From assembly GCA_043228905.1 (NCBI GenBank), contig JBHGNT010000045.1, forward strand, positions 62,001 to 126,000: 64,000 nt of DNA. Direction: 5' to 3'. How positions within the stretch are numbered: position 1 is the stretch's first letter; every line of letters starts with the position of its first letter. Of this stretch, positions 1-15,000 are shown in pieces. Origin of the DNA: Azolla caroliniana. Its lineage: Eukaryota; Plantae; Polypodiophyta. Both the position numbers and the translations under genes were made by a program. The notes under the pieces were generated by a model, which worked only from the letters and a program-made list of their open reading frames with translations, did no database searches and was not told where the DNA came from.

Positions 1-1239
1 AGCGTTGTTAGCTTCGATTGGCATGTTTGAACACAAAAATCTGATATCACACGAGCCAGGTATGAACATTTTAATTTACTCAAGGGCTTCTCTCAACTCC
101 CTCCTGATGTTTGCTAATTTCGTCATGTCTCTCGACTTGAGTTTTAAAATCTTGATTTTTTAATTCCATATCATAGCTAGAATTGTTAGCTTCGATTCGC
201 ATGTTTGAACACAAAAATCCGATATGACACGAGCCAGGTATGAACATTTTCATTTACTCAAGGGCTCTTCTCAACTCACTCCTCAAATTTGGTAATTTCG
301 TCATGTCTCTCAACCAGAGTTTCAAAATGTTGATTTTTTAATTCCATATCATAGCTAGCGTTGTTAGCTTCGATTCGCATGTTTGAACACAAAAATCCGA
401 TATTACACCAGCCAGGTATGAACATTTTCATTTACTCAAGGGGTCCTCTCAACTCACTACTCATGTTTGCTAATTATTTCATGTCTCTCGACCTGAGTTT
501 CAAAATCTTGATTTTTTAATTCCATATCATAGCTAGCGTTGTTAGCTTCGATTCGCATGTTTGAACACAAACATCGGATATCACACGAGCCAGGTATGAA
601 CATTTTAATTTACTCAAGGGCTCCTCTCAACTCCCTCCTCATGTTTGCTAATTTCGTCATGTCTCTCGACTTGAGTTTCAAAATCTTCATTTTTTAATTC
701 CATATCATAGCTAGCGTTGTTAGCTTCGATTCGCATGTTTGAACACAAAAATCCGATATCACACGAGCCAGGTATGAACATTTTAATTTACTCAAGGGCT
801 TCTCTCAACTCCCTCCTCATGTTTGCTAATTTCGTCATGTCTCTCGACCTGAGTTTCAAAATATTGATTTTTTAATTCCATATCATAGCTAGCGTTGTTA
901 GCTTCGATTCGCATGTTTGAACACAAAAATCCGATATCACACGAGCCAGGTATGAACATTTTCATTTACTCAAGGGCTCTTCTCAACTCACTCCTCAAAT
1001 TTGCTAATTTCGTCATGTCTCTCGACCAGAGTTTCAAAATCTTGATTTTTTAATTCCATAGCATAGCTAGCGTTGTTAGCTTCGATTCGCATGTTTGAAC
1101 ACAAAAATCTGATATCACACGAGCCAGGTATGAACATTTTAATTTACTCAAGGGCTCCTCTCAACTCCCTCCTCATGTTTGCTAATTTCGTCATGTCTCT
1201 TGACCTGAGTTTCAAAATCTTGATTTTTTAATTCCATAT

Positions 1240-4200
1240 CATAGCTAGCGTTGCTAGCTTCGATTCGCATGTTTGAACACGAAAATCCGATATCACACGA
1301 GCCAGGTATGAACATTTTAATTTACCTCCTGACTCTTCTCAACTCACTCCTCAAATTTGGTAATTTCGTCATGTCTCTCGGATAGAGTTTTCAAAATATT
1401 GATTTTTTATTTCCATATCATAGGTAGTTTTGTTAGCTTCGATTCGCATGTTTGAACACAAACATCGGATATCACACGAGCCAGGTATGAACATTTTAAT
1501 TTACTCAAGGGCTCCTCTCAACTCCCTCCTCATGTTTGCTAATTTCGTCATGTCTCTCGACCTGTGTTTCAAAATCTTGATTTTTTAATTCCATATCATA
1601 GCTAGCGTTGCTAGCTTCGATTCGCATGTTTGAACACAAAAATCCGATAGTACACGAGCCAGGTATGAACATTTTCATTTACTCAAGGGCTCCTCTCAAC
1701 TCCCTCCTCAAATTTGGTAATTTCGTCATGTATCTCGACCTAAGTTTCAAAATCTTGATTTTTTAATTCCATATCATAGCTAGCGTTGTTAGCTTCGATA
1801 CGCATGTTTGAACACAAAAATCCGATATGACACGAGCCAGGTATGAACATTTTCATTTACTCAAGGGCTCTTCTCAACTCCCTCCTCAAATTTGGTAATT
1901 TCGTCATGTCTCTCGACCTGAGTTTCAAAATATTGATTTTTTAATTCCATATCATAGCTAGCATTGTTAGCTTCGATTGGCATGTTTGAACACAAAAATC
2001 CGATATTACACGAGCCAGGTATGAACATTTTCATTTACTCAAGGGCTCCTCTCAACTCCCTCCTCAAATTTGGTAATTTCGTCATGTCTCTCGACCAGAG
2101 TTTCAAAATCTTGATTTTTTAATTCCATAGCATAGCTAGCGTTGTTAGCTTCGATTCGCATGTTTGAACACAAAAATCCGATATTACACCAGCCAGGTAT
2201 GAACATTTTCATTTACTCAAGGGGTCCTCTCAACTCACTACTCAAATTTGGTAATTTCATCATGTCTCTTGACCAGAGTTTCAAAATCTTGATTTATTAA
2301 GTCCATATCATAGCTAGCGTTGTTAGCTTCGATTCGCATGTTTGAACACAAACATCGGATATCACACGAGCCAGGTATGAACATTTTAATTTACTCAAGG
2401 GCTCCTCTCAACTCCCTCCTCATGTTTGCTAATTTCGTCATGTCTCTCGACTTGAGTTTCAAAATCTTGATTTTTTAATTCCATATCATAGCTAGCGTTG
2501 TTAGCTTCGATTCGCATGTTTGAACACAAAAATCCGATATCACACGAGCCAGGTATGAACATTTTAATTTACTCAAGGGCTTCTCTCAACTCCCTCCTCA
2601 TGTTTGCTAATTTCGTCATGTCTCTCGACCTGAGTTTCAAAATATTGATTTTTTAATTCCATATCATAGCTAGCGTTGTTAGCTTCGATTCGCATGTTTG
2701 AACACAAAAATCCGATATCACACGAGCCAGGTATGAACATTTTCATTTACTCAAGGGCTCTTCTCAACTCACTCCTCAAATTTGCTAATTTCGTCATGTC
2801 TCTCGACCAGAGTTTCAAAATCTTGATTTTTTAATTCCATAGCATAGCTAGCGTTGTTAGCTTCGATTCGCATGTTTGAACACAAAAATCTGATATCACA
2901 CGAGCCAGGTATGAACATTTTAATTTACTCAAGGGCTCCTCTCAACTCCCTCCTCATGTTTGCTAATTTTGTCATGTCTCTTGACCTGAGTTTCAAAATC
3001 TTGATTTTTTAATTCCATATCATAGCTACCGTTGTTAGCTTCGTTTGGCATGTTTGAACACGAAAATCCGATATCACACCAGCCAGGTATGAACATTTTC
3101 ATTTACTCAAGGGGTCCTCTCAACTCACTACTCATGTTTGCTAATTATTTCATGTCTCTCGACCTGAGTTTCAAAACTTGATTTTTTAATTCCATATCAT
3201 AGCTAGCGTTGTTAGCTTCGATTCGCATGTTTGAACACGAAAATCCGATATCACACGAGCCAGGTATGAACATTTTAATTTACCTCCTGACTCTTCTCAA
3301 CTCACTCCTCAAATTTGGTAATTTCGTCATGTCTCTCGGATAGAGTTTTCAAAATATTGATTTTTTATTTCGATATCATAGGTAGTTTTGTTAGCTTCGA
3401 TTCGCATGTTTGAACACAAACATCGGATATCACACGAGCCAGGTATGAACATTTTAATTTACTCAAGGGCTCCTCTCAACTCCCTCCTCATGTTTGCTAA
3501 TTTCGTCATGTCTCTCGACCTGTGTTTCAAAATCTTGATTTTTTAATTCCATATCATAGCTAGCGTTGCTAGCTTCGATTCGCATGTTTGAACACAAAAA
3601 TCCGATAGTACACGAGCCAGGTATGAACATTTTCATTTACTCAAGGGCTCCTCTCAACTCCCTCCTCAAATTTGGTAATTTCGTCATGTCTCTCGACCTA
3701 AGTTTCAAAATCTTGATTTTTTAATTCCATATCATAGCTAGCGTTGTTAGCTTCGATACGCATGTTTGAACACAAAAATCCGATATGACACGAGCCAGGT
3801 ATGAACATTTTCATTTACTCAAGGGCTCTTCTCAACTCCCTCCTCAAATTTGGTAATTTCGTCATGTCTCTCGACCTGAGTTTCAAAATATTGATTTTTT
3901 AATTCCATATCATAGCTAGCATTGTTAGCTTCGATTGGCATGTTTGAACACAAAAATCCGATATTACACGAGCCAGGTATGAACATTTTCATTTACTCAA
4001 GGGCTCCTCTCAACTCCCTCCTCAAATTTGGTAATTTCGTCATGTCTCTCGACCAGAGTTTCAAAATCTTGATTTTTTAATTCCATAGCATAGCTAGCGT
4101 TGTTAGCTTCGATTCGCATGTTTGAACACAAAAATCCGATATTACACCAGCCAGGTATGAACATTTTCATTTACTCAAGGGGTCCTCTCAACTCACTACT

Positions 4201-7150
4201 CAAATTTGGTAATTTCATCATGTCTCTTGACCTGTGTTTCAAAATCTTGATTTATTAAGTCCATATCATAGCTAGCGTTGTTAGCTTCGATTCGCATGTT
4301 TGAACACAAACATCGGATATCACACGAGCCAGGTATGAACATTTTAATTTACTCAAGGGCTCCTCTCAACTCCCTCCTCATGTTTGCTAATTTCGTCATG
4401 TCTCTCGACTTGAGTTTCAAAATCTTGATTTTTTAATTCCATATCATAGCTAGCGTTGTTAGCTTCGATTCGCATGTTTGAACACAAAAATCCGATATCA
4501 CACGAGCCAGGTATGAACATTTTAATTTACTCAAGGGCTTCTCTCAACTCCCTCCTCATGTTTGCTAATTTCGTCATGTGTCTCGACCTGAGTTTCAAAA
4601 TATTGATTTTTTAATTCCATATCATAGCTAGCGTTGTTAGCTTCGATTCGCATGTTTGAACACAAAAATCCGATATGACACGAGCCAGGTATGAACATTT
4701 TAATTTACTCAAGGGCTCTTCTCAACTCCCTCCTCAAATTTGGTAATTTCGTCATGTCTCTCGACCTGTGTTTCAAAATCTTGATTTTTTAATTCCATAT
4801 CATAGCTAGCGTTGCTAGCTTCGATTCGCATGTTTGAACACAAAAATCCGATAGTACACGAGCCAGGTATGAACATTTTCATTTACTCAAGGGCTCCTCT
4901 CAACTCCCTCCTCAAATTTGGTAATTTCGTCATGTCTCTCGACCTAAGTTTCAAAATCTTGATTTTTTAATTCCATATCATAGCTAGCGTTGTTAGCTTC
5001 GATACGCATGTTTGAACACAAAAATCCGATATCACACCAGCCAGGTATGAACATTTTCATTTACTCAAGGGCTCTTCTCAACTCCCTCCTCAAATTTGGT
5101 AATTTCGTCATGTCTCTCGACCTGAGTTTCAAAATCTTGATTTTTTAATTCCATATCATAGCTAGCGTTGTTAGCTTCGATTCGCATGTTTGAACACGAA
5201 AATCCGATATCACACGAGCCAGGTATGAACATTTTAATTTACCTCCTGACTCTTCTCAACTCACTCCTCAAATTTGGTAATTTCGTCATGTCTCTCGGAT
5301 AGAGTTTTCAAAATATTGATTTTTTATTTCCATATCATAGGTAGTTTTGTTAGCTTCGATTCGCATGTTTGAACACAAACATCGGATATCACACGAGCCA
5401 GGTATGAACATTTTAATTTACTCAAGGGCTCCTCTCAACTCCCTCCTCATGTTTGCTAATTTCGTCATGTCTCTCGACCTGTGTTTCAAAATCTTGATTT
5501 TTTAATTCCATATCATAGCTAGCGTTGCTAGCTTCGATTCGCATGTTTGAACACAAAAATCCGATAGTACACGAGCCAGGTATGAACATTTTCATTTACT
5601 CAAGGGCTCCTCTCAACTCCCTCCTCAAATTTGGTAATTTCGTCATGTCTCTCGACCTAAGTTTCAAAATCTTGATTTTTTAATTCCATATCATAGCTAG
5701 CGTTGTTAGCTTCGATACGCATGTTTGAACACAAAAATCCGATATGACACGAGCCAGGTATGAACATTTTCATTTACTCAAGGGCTCTTCTCAACTCCCT
5801 CCTCAAATTTGGTAATTTCGTCATGTCTCTCGACCTGAGTTTCAAAATATTGATTTTTTAATTCCATATCATAGCTAGCATTGTTAGCTTCGATTGGCAT
5901 GTTTGAACACAAAAATCCGATATTACACGAGCCAGGTATGAACATTTTCATTTACTCAAGGGCTCCTCTCAACTCCCTCCTCAAATTTGGTAATTTCGTC
6001 ATGTCTCTCGACCAGAGTTTCAAAATCTTGATTTTTTAATTCGATAGCATAGCTAGCGTTGTTAGCTTCGATTCGCATGTTTGAACACAAAAATCCGATA
6101 TTACACCAGCCAGGTATGAACATTTTCATTTACTCAAGGGGTCCTCTCAACTCACTACTCAAATTTGGTAATTTCATCATGTCTCTTGACCAGAGTTTCA
6201 AAATCTTGATTTATTAAGTCCATATCATAGCTAGCGTTGTTAGCTTCGATTCGCATGTTTGAACACAAACATCGGATATCACACGAGCCAGGTATGAACA
6301 TTTTAATTTACTCAAGGGCTCCTCGCAACTCCCTCCTCATGTTTGCTAATTTCGTCATGTCTCTCGACTTGAGTTTCAAAATCTTCATTTTTTAATTCCA
6401 TATCATAGCTAGCGTTGTTAGCTTCGATTCGCATGTTTGAACACAAAAATCCGATATCACACGAGCCAGGTATGAACATTTTAATTTACTCAAGGGCTTC
6501 TCTCAACTCCCTCCTCATGTTTGCTAATTTCGTCATGTCTCTCGACCTGAGTTTCAAAATATTGATTTTTTAATTCCATATCATAGCTAGCGTTGTTAGC
6601 TTCGATTCGCAATTTTGAACACAAAAATCCGATATCACACGAGCCAGGTATGAACATTTTCATTTACTCAAGGGCTCTTCTCAACTCACTCCTCAAATTT
6701 GCTAATTTCGTCATGTCTCTCGACCAGAGTTTCAAAATCTTGATTTTTTAATTCCATAGCATAGCTAGCGTTGTTAGCTTCGATTCGCATGTTTGAACAC
6801 ACAAATCTGATATCACACGAGCCAGGTATGAACATTTTAATTTACTCAAGGGCTCCTCTCAACTCCCTCCTCATGTTTGCTAATTTTGTCATGTCTCTTG
6901 ACCTGAGTTTCAAAATCTTGATTTTTTAATTCCATATCATAGCTAGCGTTGTTAGCTTCGATTGGCATGTTTGAACACGAAAATCCGATATCACACGAGC
7001 CAGGTATGAACATTTTAATTTACCTCCTGACTCTTCTCAACTCACTCCTCAAATTTGGTAATTTCGTCATGTCTCTCGGATAGAATTTCAAAATATTGAT
7101 TTTTTATTTCCATATCATAGGTAGTGTTGTTAGCTTTGATTCGCAGGTTT
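1240..7150 (+). repeat. 10/11-monomer higher-order repeat domain
   Basis: The variant monomer marker TCTCGGATAG occurs at 1380, 3338, 5297 and 7078. Spacings are 1958, 1959 and 1781 bp (11, 11 and 10 monomers, allowing for 1-bp indels). Markers GATAGTACACG and GACCTAAGTTT repeat in step. Boundaries are approximate. Confidence 0.8.
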
Positions 7151-9099
7151 GAACACAAAAATCCGATATCACACGAGCCAGGTATGAACATTTTCATTTA
7201 CTCAAGGGCTCACCTCAACTCACTACTCAAATTTGGTAATTTCGTCATGTCTCTCGACCAGAGTTTCAAAATCTTGATTTTTTAAGTCCATATCATAGCT
7301 AGCGTTGTTAGCTTCGATTCTCATGTTTGAACACAAACATCGGATATCACACGAGCCAGGTATGAACATTTTAATTTACTCAAGGGCTCCTCTCAACTCC
7401 CTCCTCATGTTTGCTAATTTCGTCATGTCTCTCGACCTGTGTTTCAAAATATTGATTTTTTAATTCCATATCATAGCTAGCGTTGTTAGCTTCGATTCGC
7501 ATGTTTGAACACAAAAATCCGATATCACACGAGCCAGGTATGAACATTTTCATTTACTCAAGGGCTCTTCTCAACTCACTACTCAAATTTGGTAATTTCG
7601 TCATGTCTCTCGACCAGAGTTTCAAAATCTTGATTTTTTAAGTCCATATCATAGCTAACGTTGTTAGCTTCGATTCTCATGTTTGAACACAAACATCGGA
7701 TATCACACGAGCCAGGTATGAACATTTTAATTTACTCAAGGGCTCCTCTAAACTCCCTCCTCATGTTTGCTAATGTTGTCATGTCTCTCGACCTGAGTTT
7801 CAAAATCATGATTTTTTAATTCCATATCATAGCTAGCGTTGTTAGCTTCGATTCGCATGTTTGAACACAAAAATCCGATATTACACGAGCCAGTTATGAA
7901 CATTTTAATTTACCTCCTAGCTCTTCTTAACTCACTCCTCAAACTTGGTAATTTCGTCATGTCTCTGGACCTGAGTTTCAAAATCTTGATTCTTTAATTC
8001 CATATCATAGGTAGTGTTGTTAGCTTCGATTCGCATGTTTGAACACAAAAATCCGATATTACACGAGCCAGTTATGAACATTTTAATTTACTCAAGGGCT
8101 ACTCTCAACTACCTCCTCATGTTTGCTAATTTCGTCATGTCTCTCGACTTGTGTTTCAAAATCTTGATTTTTTAATTCCATATCATAGTTAGCGTTGTTA
8201 GCTTCGATTCGCATGTTTGAACACAAAAATCCGATATCACACGAGCTAGGTATGATCATTTTCATTTACTCAAGGGCTCCTCTCAACTCCCTCCTCATGT
8301 TTGCTAATTTCGTCATGTCTCTCGACCTGAGTTTCAAAATTTTGATAATTTAATTCCATATCATAGCTTGCGTTGTTAGCTTCGATTCGCATGTTTGAAC
8401 ACAAAAATCCGATATCACACGAGCCAGGTATGAACATTTTCATTTACTAACGCGCTCTTCTCTACTAGCTCCTCAAATTTGCTAATTTCTTCATATCTCT
8501 TGACCCGAATTTCGAAATCATGATTTTTTAATTCCATATCATAGCTAGCGTTGTTAGCTTCGATTGGCATGTTTGAACACGAACATCCGATATCACACGA
8601 GCCAGGTATGAACATTTTCATTTACTCAAGGGGTCTTCTCAACTCACTCCTCAAATTTGCTAATTTCGTCATGTCTCTCGACCAGAGTTTCAAAATCTTG
8701 ATTTTTTAATTCCATATCATAGCTAGCGTTGTTAGCTTCGATTCGCATGTTTGAACACAAAAATCCGATATCACACGAGCCAGGTATGATCATTTTCGTT
8801 TACTCAAGGGCTCCTCTAAACTCCCGCCTCATGTTTGCTAATTTTGTCATGTCTCTCGACCTGAATTTTCAAAATCTTGATTTTTTATGTCCATATCATA
8901 GCTAGTGTTGTTAGCTTCGATTCGCATGTTTGAACACAAAAATCCGATATTACACGAGCCAGTTATGAACATTTTCATTTACTCAAGGGCTCATCTCAAC
9001 TCACTACTCAAATTTTGTAATTTCATCATGTCTCTCGACTAGAGTTTCAAAATCTTGATTTATTTAGTCCATATCATAGCTAGCGTTGTTAGCTTCGAT

Positions 9100-12000
9100 T
9101 CGCATGTTTGAACACAAAAATCCGATATCACACGAGCCAGGTATGAACATTTTAATTTACCTCCTAGCTCTTCTCAACTCCCTCCTCAAATTTAGTAATT
9201 TCGTCATGTCTCTCGACCTGAGTTTCAAAATCTTGATTTTTTAATTCCAGATCATAGCTAGCGTTGTTAGCTTCGATACGCATGTTTGAATACAAAAATC
9301 CGATATGACACGAGCCAGGTATGAAAATTTCCATTTACTCAAGGGCTCTTCTCAACTCACTCCTCAAATTTGCTAATTTCGTCATGTCTCACGACCAGAG
9401 TTTTAAAATCTTGATTTTTTAATTCCATAGCATAGCTAGCGTTGTTAGCTTCGATACGCATGTTTGAACACAAAAATCCGATATGACACGAGCCAGGTAT
9501 GAAAATTTCCATTTACTCAAGGGCTCTTCTCAACTCACTCCTCAAATTTGCTAATTTCGTCATGTCTCTCGACCAGAGTTTTAAAATCTTGATTTTTTAA
9601 TTCCATAGCATAGCTAGCGTTGTTAGCTTCGATTCGCATGTTTGAACACAAAAATCCGATATCACACGAGCCAGGTATGAACATTTTAATTTACTCAAGG
9701 GCTCTTCTCAACTCACTCCTCAAATTTGCTAATTTCGTCATGTCTCTCGACCAGAGTTTCAAAATCTTGATTTTTTAAGTCCATAGCATAGCTAGCGTTG
9801 TTAGCTTCGATTCGCATGTTTGAACACAAACATCGGATATCACACGAGCCAGGTATGAACATTTTAATTTACTCAAGGGCTCCTCTCAACTCCCTCCTCA
9901 TGTTTGCTAATTTCGTCATGTCTCTCGACCTGTGTTTCAAAATCTTGATTTTTTAATTCCATATCATAGCTAGCGTTGTTAGCTTCGATTCGCATGTTTG
10001 AACACAAAAATCCGATATCACACGAGCCAGGTATGAACATTTTAATTTACTCAAGGGCTTCTCTCAACTCCCTCCTCATGTTTGCTAATTTCGTCATGTC
10101 GCTCGACTTGAGTTTCAAAATCTTGATTTTTTAATTCCATATCATAGCTAGCATTGTTAGCTTCGATTCACATGTTTGAACACAAAAATCCGATATGACA
10201 CGAGCCAGGTATGAACATTTTCATTTACTCAAGGGCTCTTCTCAACTCACTCCTCAAATTTGGTAATTTCGTCATGTCTCTCGACCTGAGTTTCAAAATA
10301 TTGATTTTTTAATTCCATATCATAGCTAGCATTGTTAGCTTCGATTGGCATGTTTGAACACAAAAATCCGATATTACACGAGCCAGGTATGAACATTTTC
10401 ATTTACTCAAGGGCTCCTCTCAACTCCCTCCTCAAATTTGGTAATTTCGTCATGTCTCTCGACCAGAGTTTCAAAATGTTGATTTTTTAATTCCATAGCA
10501 TAGCTAGCGTTGTTAGCTTCGATTCGCATGTTTGAACACAAAAATCCGATATTACACCAGCCAGGTATGAACATTTTCATTTACTCAAGGGGTCCTCTCA
10601 ACTCACTACTCAAATTTGGTAATTTCATCATGTCTCTCGACCAGAGTTTCAAAATCTTGATTTATTAAGTCCATATCATAGCTAGCGTTGTTAGCTTCGA
10701 TTCGCATGTTTGAACACAAACATCGGATATCACACGAGCCAGGTATGAACATTTTAATTTACTCAAGGGCTCCTCTCAACTCCCTCCTCATGTTTGCTAA
10801 TTTCGTCATGTCTCTCGACTTGAGTTTCAAAATCTTCATTTTTTAATTCCATATCATAGCTAGCGTTGTTAGCTTCGATTCGCATGTTTGAACACAAAAA
10901 TCCGATATCACACGAGCCAGGTATGAACATTTTAATTTACTCAAGGGCTTCTCTCAACTCCCTCCTCATGTTTGCTAATTTCGTCATGTCGCTCGACTTG
11001 AGTTTCAAAATCTTGATTTTTTAATTCCATATCATAGCTAGCATTGTTAGCTTCGATTCACATGTTTGAACACAAAAATCCGATATGACACGAGCCAGGT
11101 ATGAACATTTTCATTTACTCAAGGGCTCTTCTCAACTCACTCCTCAAATTTGGTAATTTCGTCATGTCTCTCGACCTGAGTTTCAAAATATTGATTTTTT
11201 AATTCCATATCATAGCTAGCATTGTTAGCTTCGATTGGCATGTTTGAACACAAAAATCCGATATTACACGAGCCAGGTATGAACATTTTCATTTACTCAA
11301 GGGCTCCTCTCAACTCCCTCCTCAAATTTGGTAATTTCGTCATGTCTCTCGACCAGAGTTTCAAAATGTTGATTTTTTAATTCCATAGCATAGCTAGCGT
11401 TGTTAGCTTCGATTCGCATGTTTGAACACAAAAATCCGATATTACACCAGCCAGGTATGAACATTTTCATTTACTCAAGGGGTCCTCTCAACTCACTACT
11501 CAAATTTGGTAATTTCATCATGTCTCTCGACCAGAGTTTCAAAATCTTGATTTATTAAGTCCATATCATAGCTAGCGTTGTTAGCTTCGATTCGCATGTT
11601 TGAACACAAACATCGGATATCACACGAGCCAGGTATGAACATTTTAATTTACTCAAGGGCTCCTCTCAACTCCCTCCTCATGTTTGCTAATTTCGTCATG
11701 TCTCTCGACTTGAGTTTCAAAATCTTCATTTTTTAATTCCATATCATAGCTAGCGTTGTTAGCTTCGATTCGCATGTTTGAACACAAAAATCCGATATCA
11801 CACGAGCTAGGTATGAACATTTTAATTTACTCAAGGGCTTCTCTCAACTCCCTCCTCATGTTTGCTAATTTCGTCATGTCTCTCGACCTGAGTTTCAAAA
11901 TATTGATTTTTTAATTCCATATCATAGCTAGCGTTGTTAGCTTCGATTCGCATGTTTGAACACAAAAATCCGATATCACACGAGCCAGGTATGAACATTT

Positions 12001-15000
12001 TCATTTACTCAAGGGCTCTTCTCAACTCACTCCTCAAATTTGCTAATTTCGTCATGTCTCTCGACCAGAGTTTGAAAATCTTGATTTTTTAATTCCATAG
12101 CATAGCTAGCGTTGTTAGCTTCGATTCGCATGTTTGAACACAAAAATCCGATATTACACCAGCCAGGTATGAACATTTTCATTTACTCAAGGGCTCCTCT
12201 CAACTCCCTCCTCATGTTTGCTAATTTTGTCATGTCTCTCGACCTGAGTTTCAAAATCTTGATTTTTTAATTCCATATCATAGCTAGCGTTGTTAGCTTC
12301 GATTCGCATGTTTGAACACAAAAATCCGATATCACACGAGAGAGGTATGAACATTTTAATTTACTCAAGGGCTTCTCTCAACTCCGTCCTCATGTTTGCT
12401 AATTTCGTCATGTCTCTCGACCTGAGTTTCAAAATCTTCATTTTTTAATTCCATATCATAGCTAGCATTGTTAGCTTCGATTGGCATGTTTGAACACAAA
12501 AATCCGATATTACACGAGCCAGGTATGAACATTTTAATTTCTCAAGGGCTCCTCTCAACTCCCTCCTCAAATTTGGTAATTTCGTCATGTCTCTCGACCT
12601 GAGTTTCAAAATCTTGATTTTTTAATTCCATAGCATAGCTAGGGTTGTTAGCTTCGATTCGCATGTTTGAACACAAAAATCCGATATTACACCAGCCAGG
12701 TATGAACATTTTCATTTACTCAAGGGGTCCTCTCAACTCACTACTCATGTTTGCTAATTTTGTCATGTCTCTCGACCTGAGTTTCAAAATCTTGATTTTT
12801 TAATTCCATATCATAGCTAGCGTTGTTAGCTTCGATTCGCATGTTTGAACACGAAAATCCGATATCACACGAGCCAGGTATGAACATTTTAATTTACCTC
12901 CTGACTCTTCTCAACTCACTCCTCAAATTTGGTAATTTCGTCATGTCTCTCGGATAGAGTTTTCAAAATATTGATTTTTTATTTCCATATCATAGGTAGT
13001 TTTGTTAGCTTCGATTCGCATGTTTGAACACAAACATCGGATATCACACGAGCCAGGTATGAACATTTTAATTTACTCAAGGGCTTCTCTCAACTCCCTC
13101 CTCATGTTTGCTAATTTCGTCATGTCTCTCGACCTGTGTTTTAAAATCTTGATTTTTTAATTCCATATCATAGCTAGCGTTGTTAGCTTCGATTCGCATG
13201 TTTGAACACAAAAATCCGATATCACACGAGCCAGGTATGAACATTTTAATTTACTCAAGGGCTTCTCTCAACTCCCTCCTCATGTTTGCTAATTTCGTCA
13301 TGTCTCTCGACTTGAGTTTTAAAATCTTGATTTTTTAATTCCGTATCATAGCTAGCGTTGTTAGCTTCGATTCGCATGTTTGAACACAAAAATCCGATAT
13401 CACACGAGCCAGGTATGAACATTTTAATTTACCTCCTAGCTCTTCTCAACTCCCTCCTCAAATTTAGTAATTTCGTCATGTCTCTCGACCTGAGTTTCAA
13501 AATCTTGATTTTTTAATTCCAGATCATAGCTAGCGTTGTTAGCTTCGATACGCATGTTTGAACACAAAAATCCGATATGACACGAGCCAGGTATGAAAAT
13601 TTCCATTTACTCAAGGGCTCTTCTCAACTCACTCCTCAAATTTGCTAATTTCGTCATGTCTCTCGACCAGAGTTTTAAAATCTTGATTTTTTAATTCCAT
13701 AGCATAGCTAGCGTTGTTAGCTTCGATTCGCATGTTTGAACACAAAAATCCGATATCACACGAGCCAGGTATGAACATTTTAATTTACTCAAGGGCTCTT
13801 CTCAACTCACTCCTCAAATTTGCTAATTTCGTCATGTCTCTCGACCAGAGTTTCAAAATCTTGATTTTTTAAGTCCATAGCATAGCTAGCGTTGTTAGCT
13901 TCGATTCGCATGTTTGAACACAAACATCGGATATCACACGAGCCAGGTATGAACATTTTAATTTACTCAAGGGCTCCTCTCAACTCCCTCCTCATGTTTG
14001 CTAATTTCGTCATGTCTCTCGACCTGTGTTTCAAAATCTTGATTTTTTAATTCCATATCATAGCTAGCGTTGTTAGCTTCGATTCGCATGTTTGAACACA
14101 AAAATCCGATATCACACGAGCCAGGTATGAACATTTTAATTTACTCAAGGGCTTCTCTCAACTCCCTCCTCATGTTTGCTAATTTCGTCATGTCGCTCGA
14201 CTTGAGTTTCAAAATCTTGATTTTTTAATTCCATATCATAGCTAGCATTGTTAGCTTCGATTCACATGTTTGAACACAAAAATCCGATATGACACGAGCC
14301 AGGTATGAACATTTTCATTTACTCAAGGGCTCTTCTCAACTCACTCCTCAAATTTGGTAATTTCGTCATGTCTCTCGACCTGAGTTTCAAAATATTGATT
14401 TTTTAATTCCATATCATAGCTAGCATTGTTAGCTTCGATTGGCATGTTTGAACACAAAAATCCGATATTACACGAGCCAGGTATGAACATTTTCATTTAC
14501 TCAAGGGCTCCTCTCAACTCCCTCCTCAAATTTGGTAATTTCGTCATGTCTCTCGACCAGAGTTTCAAAATGTTGATTTTTTAATTCCATAGCATAGCTA
14601 GCGTTGTTAGCTTCGATTCGCATGTTTGAACACAAAAATCCGATATTACACCAGCCAGGTATGAACATTTTCATTTACTCAAGGGGTCCTCTCAACTCAC
14701 TACTCAAATTTGGTAATTTCATCATGTCTCTCGACCAGAGTTTCAAAATCTTGATTTATTAAGTCCATATCATAGCTAGCGTTGTTAGCTTCGATTCGCA
14801 TGTTTGAACACAAACATCGGATATCACACGAGCCAGGTATGAACATTTTAATTTACTCAAGGGCTCCTCTCAACTCCCTCCTCATGTTTGCTAATTTCGT
14901 CATGTCTCTCGACTTGAGTTTCAAAATCTTCATTTTTTAATTCCATATCATAGCTAGCGTTGTTAGCTTCGATTCGCATGTTTGAACACAAAAATCCGAT

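Noticed and set aside
11-27. CENP-B box at CTTCGATT(C/G)GCATG
   Set aside because: Only TTCG matches. The required A and CGGG positions are missing.
1-178. Internal sub-repeat in the monomer (CATGTTTG twice; TCCGATATCA versus TCCATATCA)
   Set aside because: The matches are short and their spacings are inconsistent, so I cannot support a dimer or trimer origin by eye.
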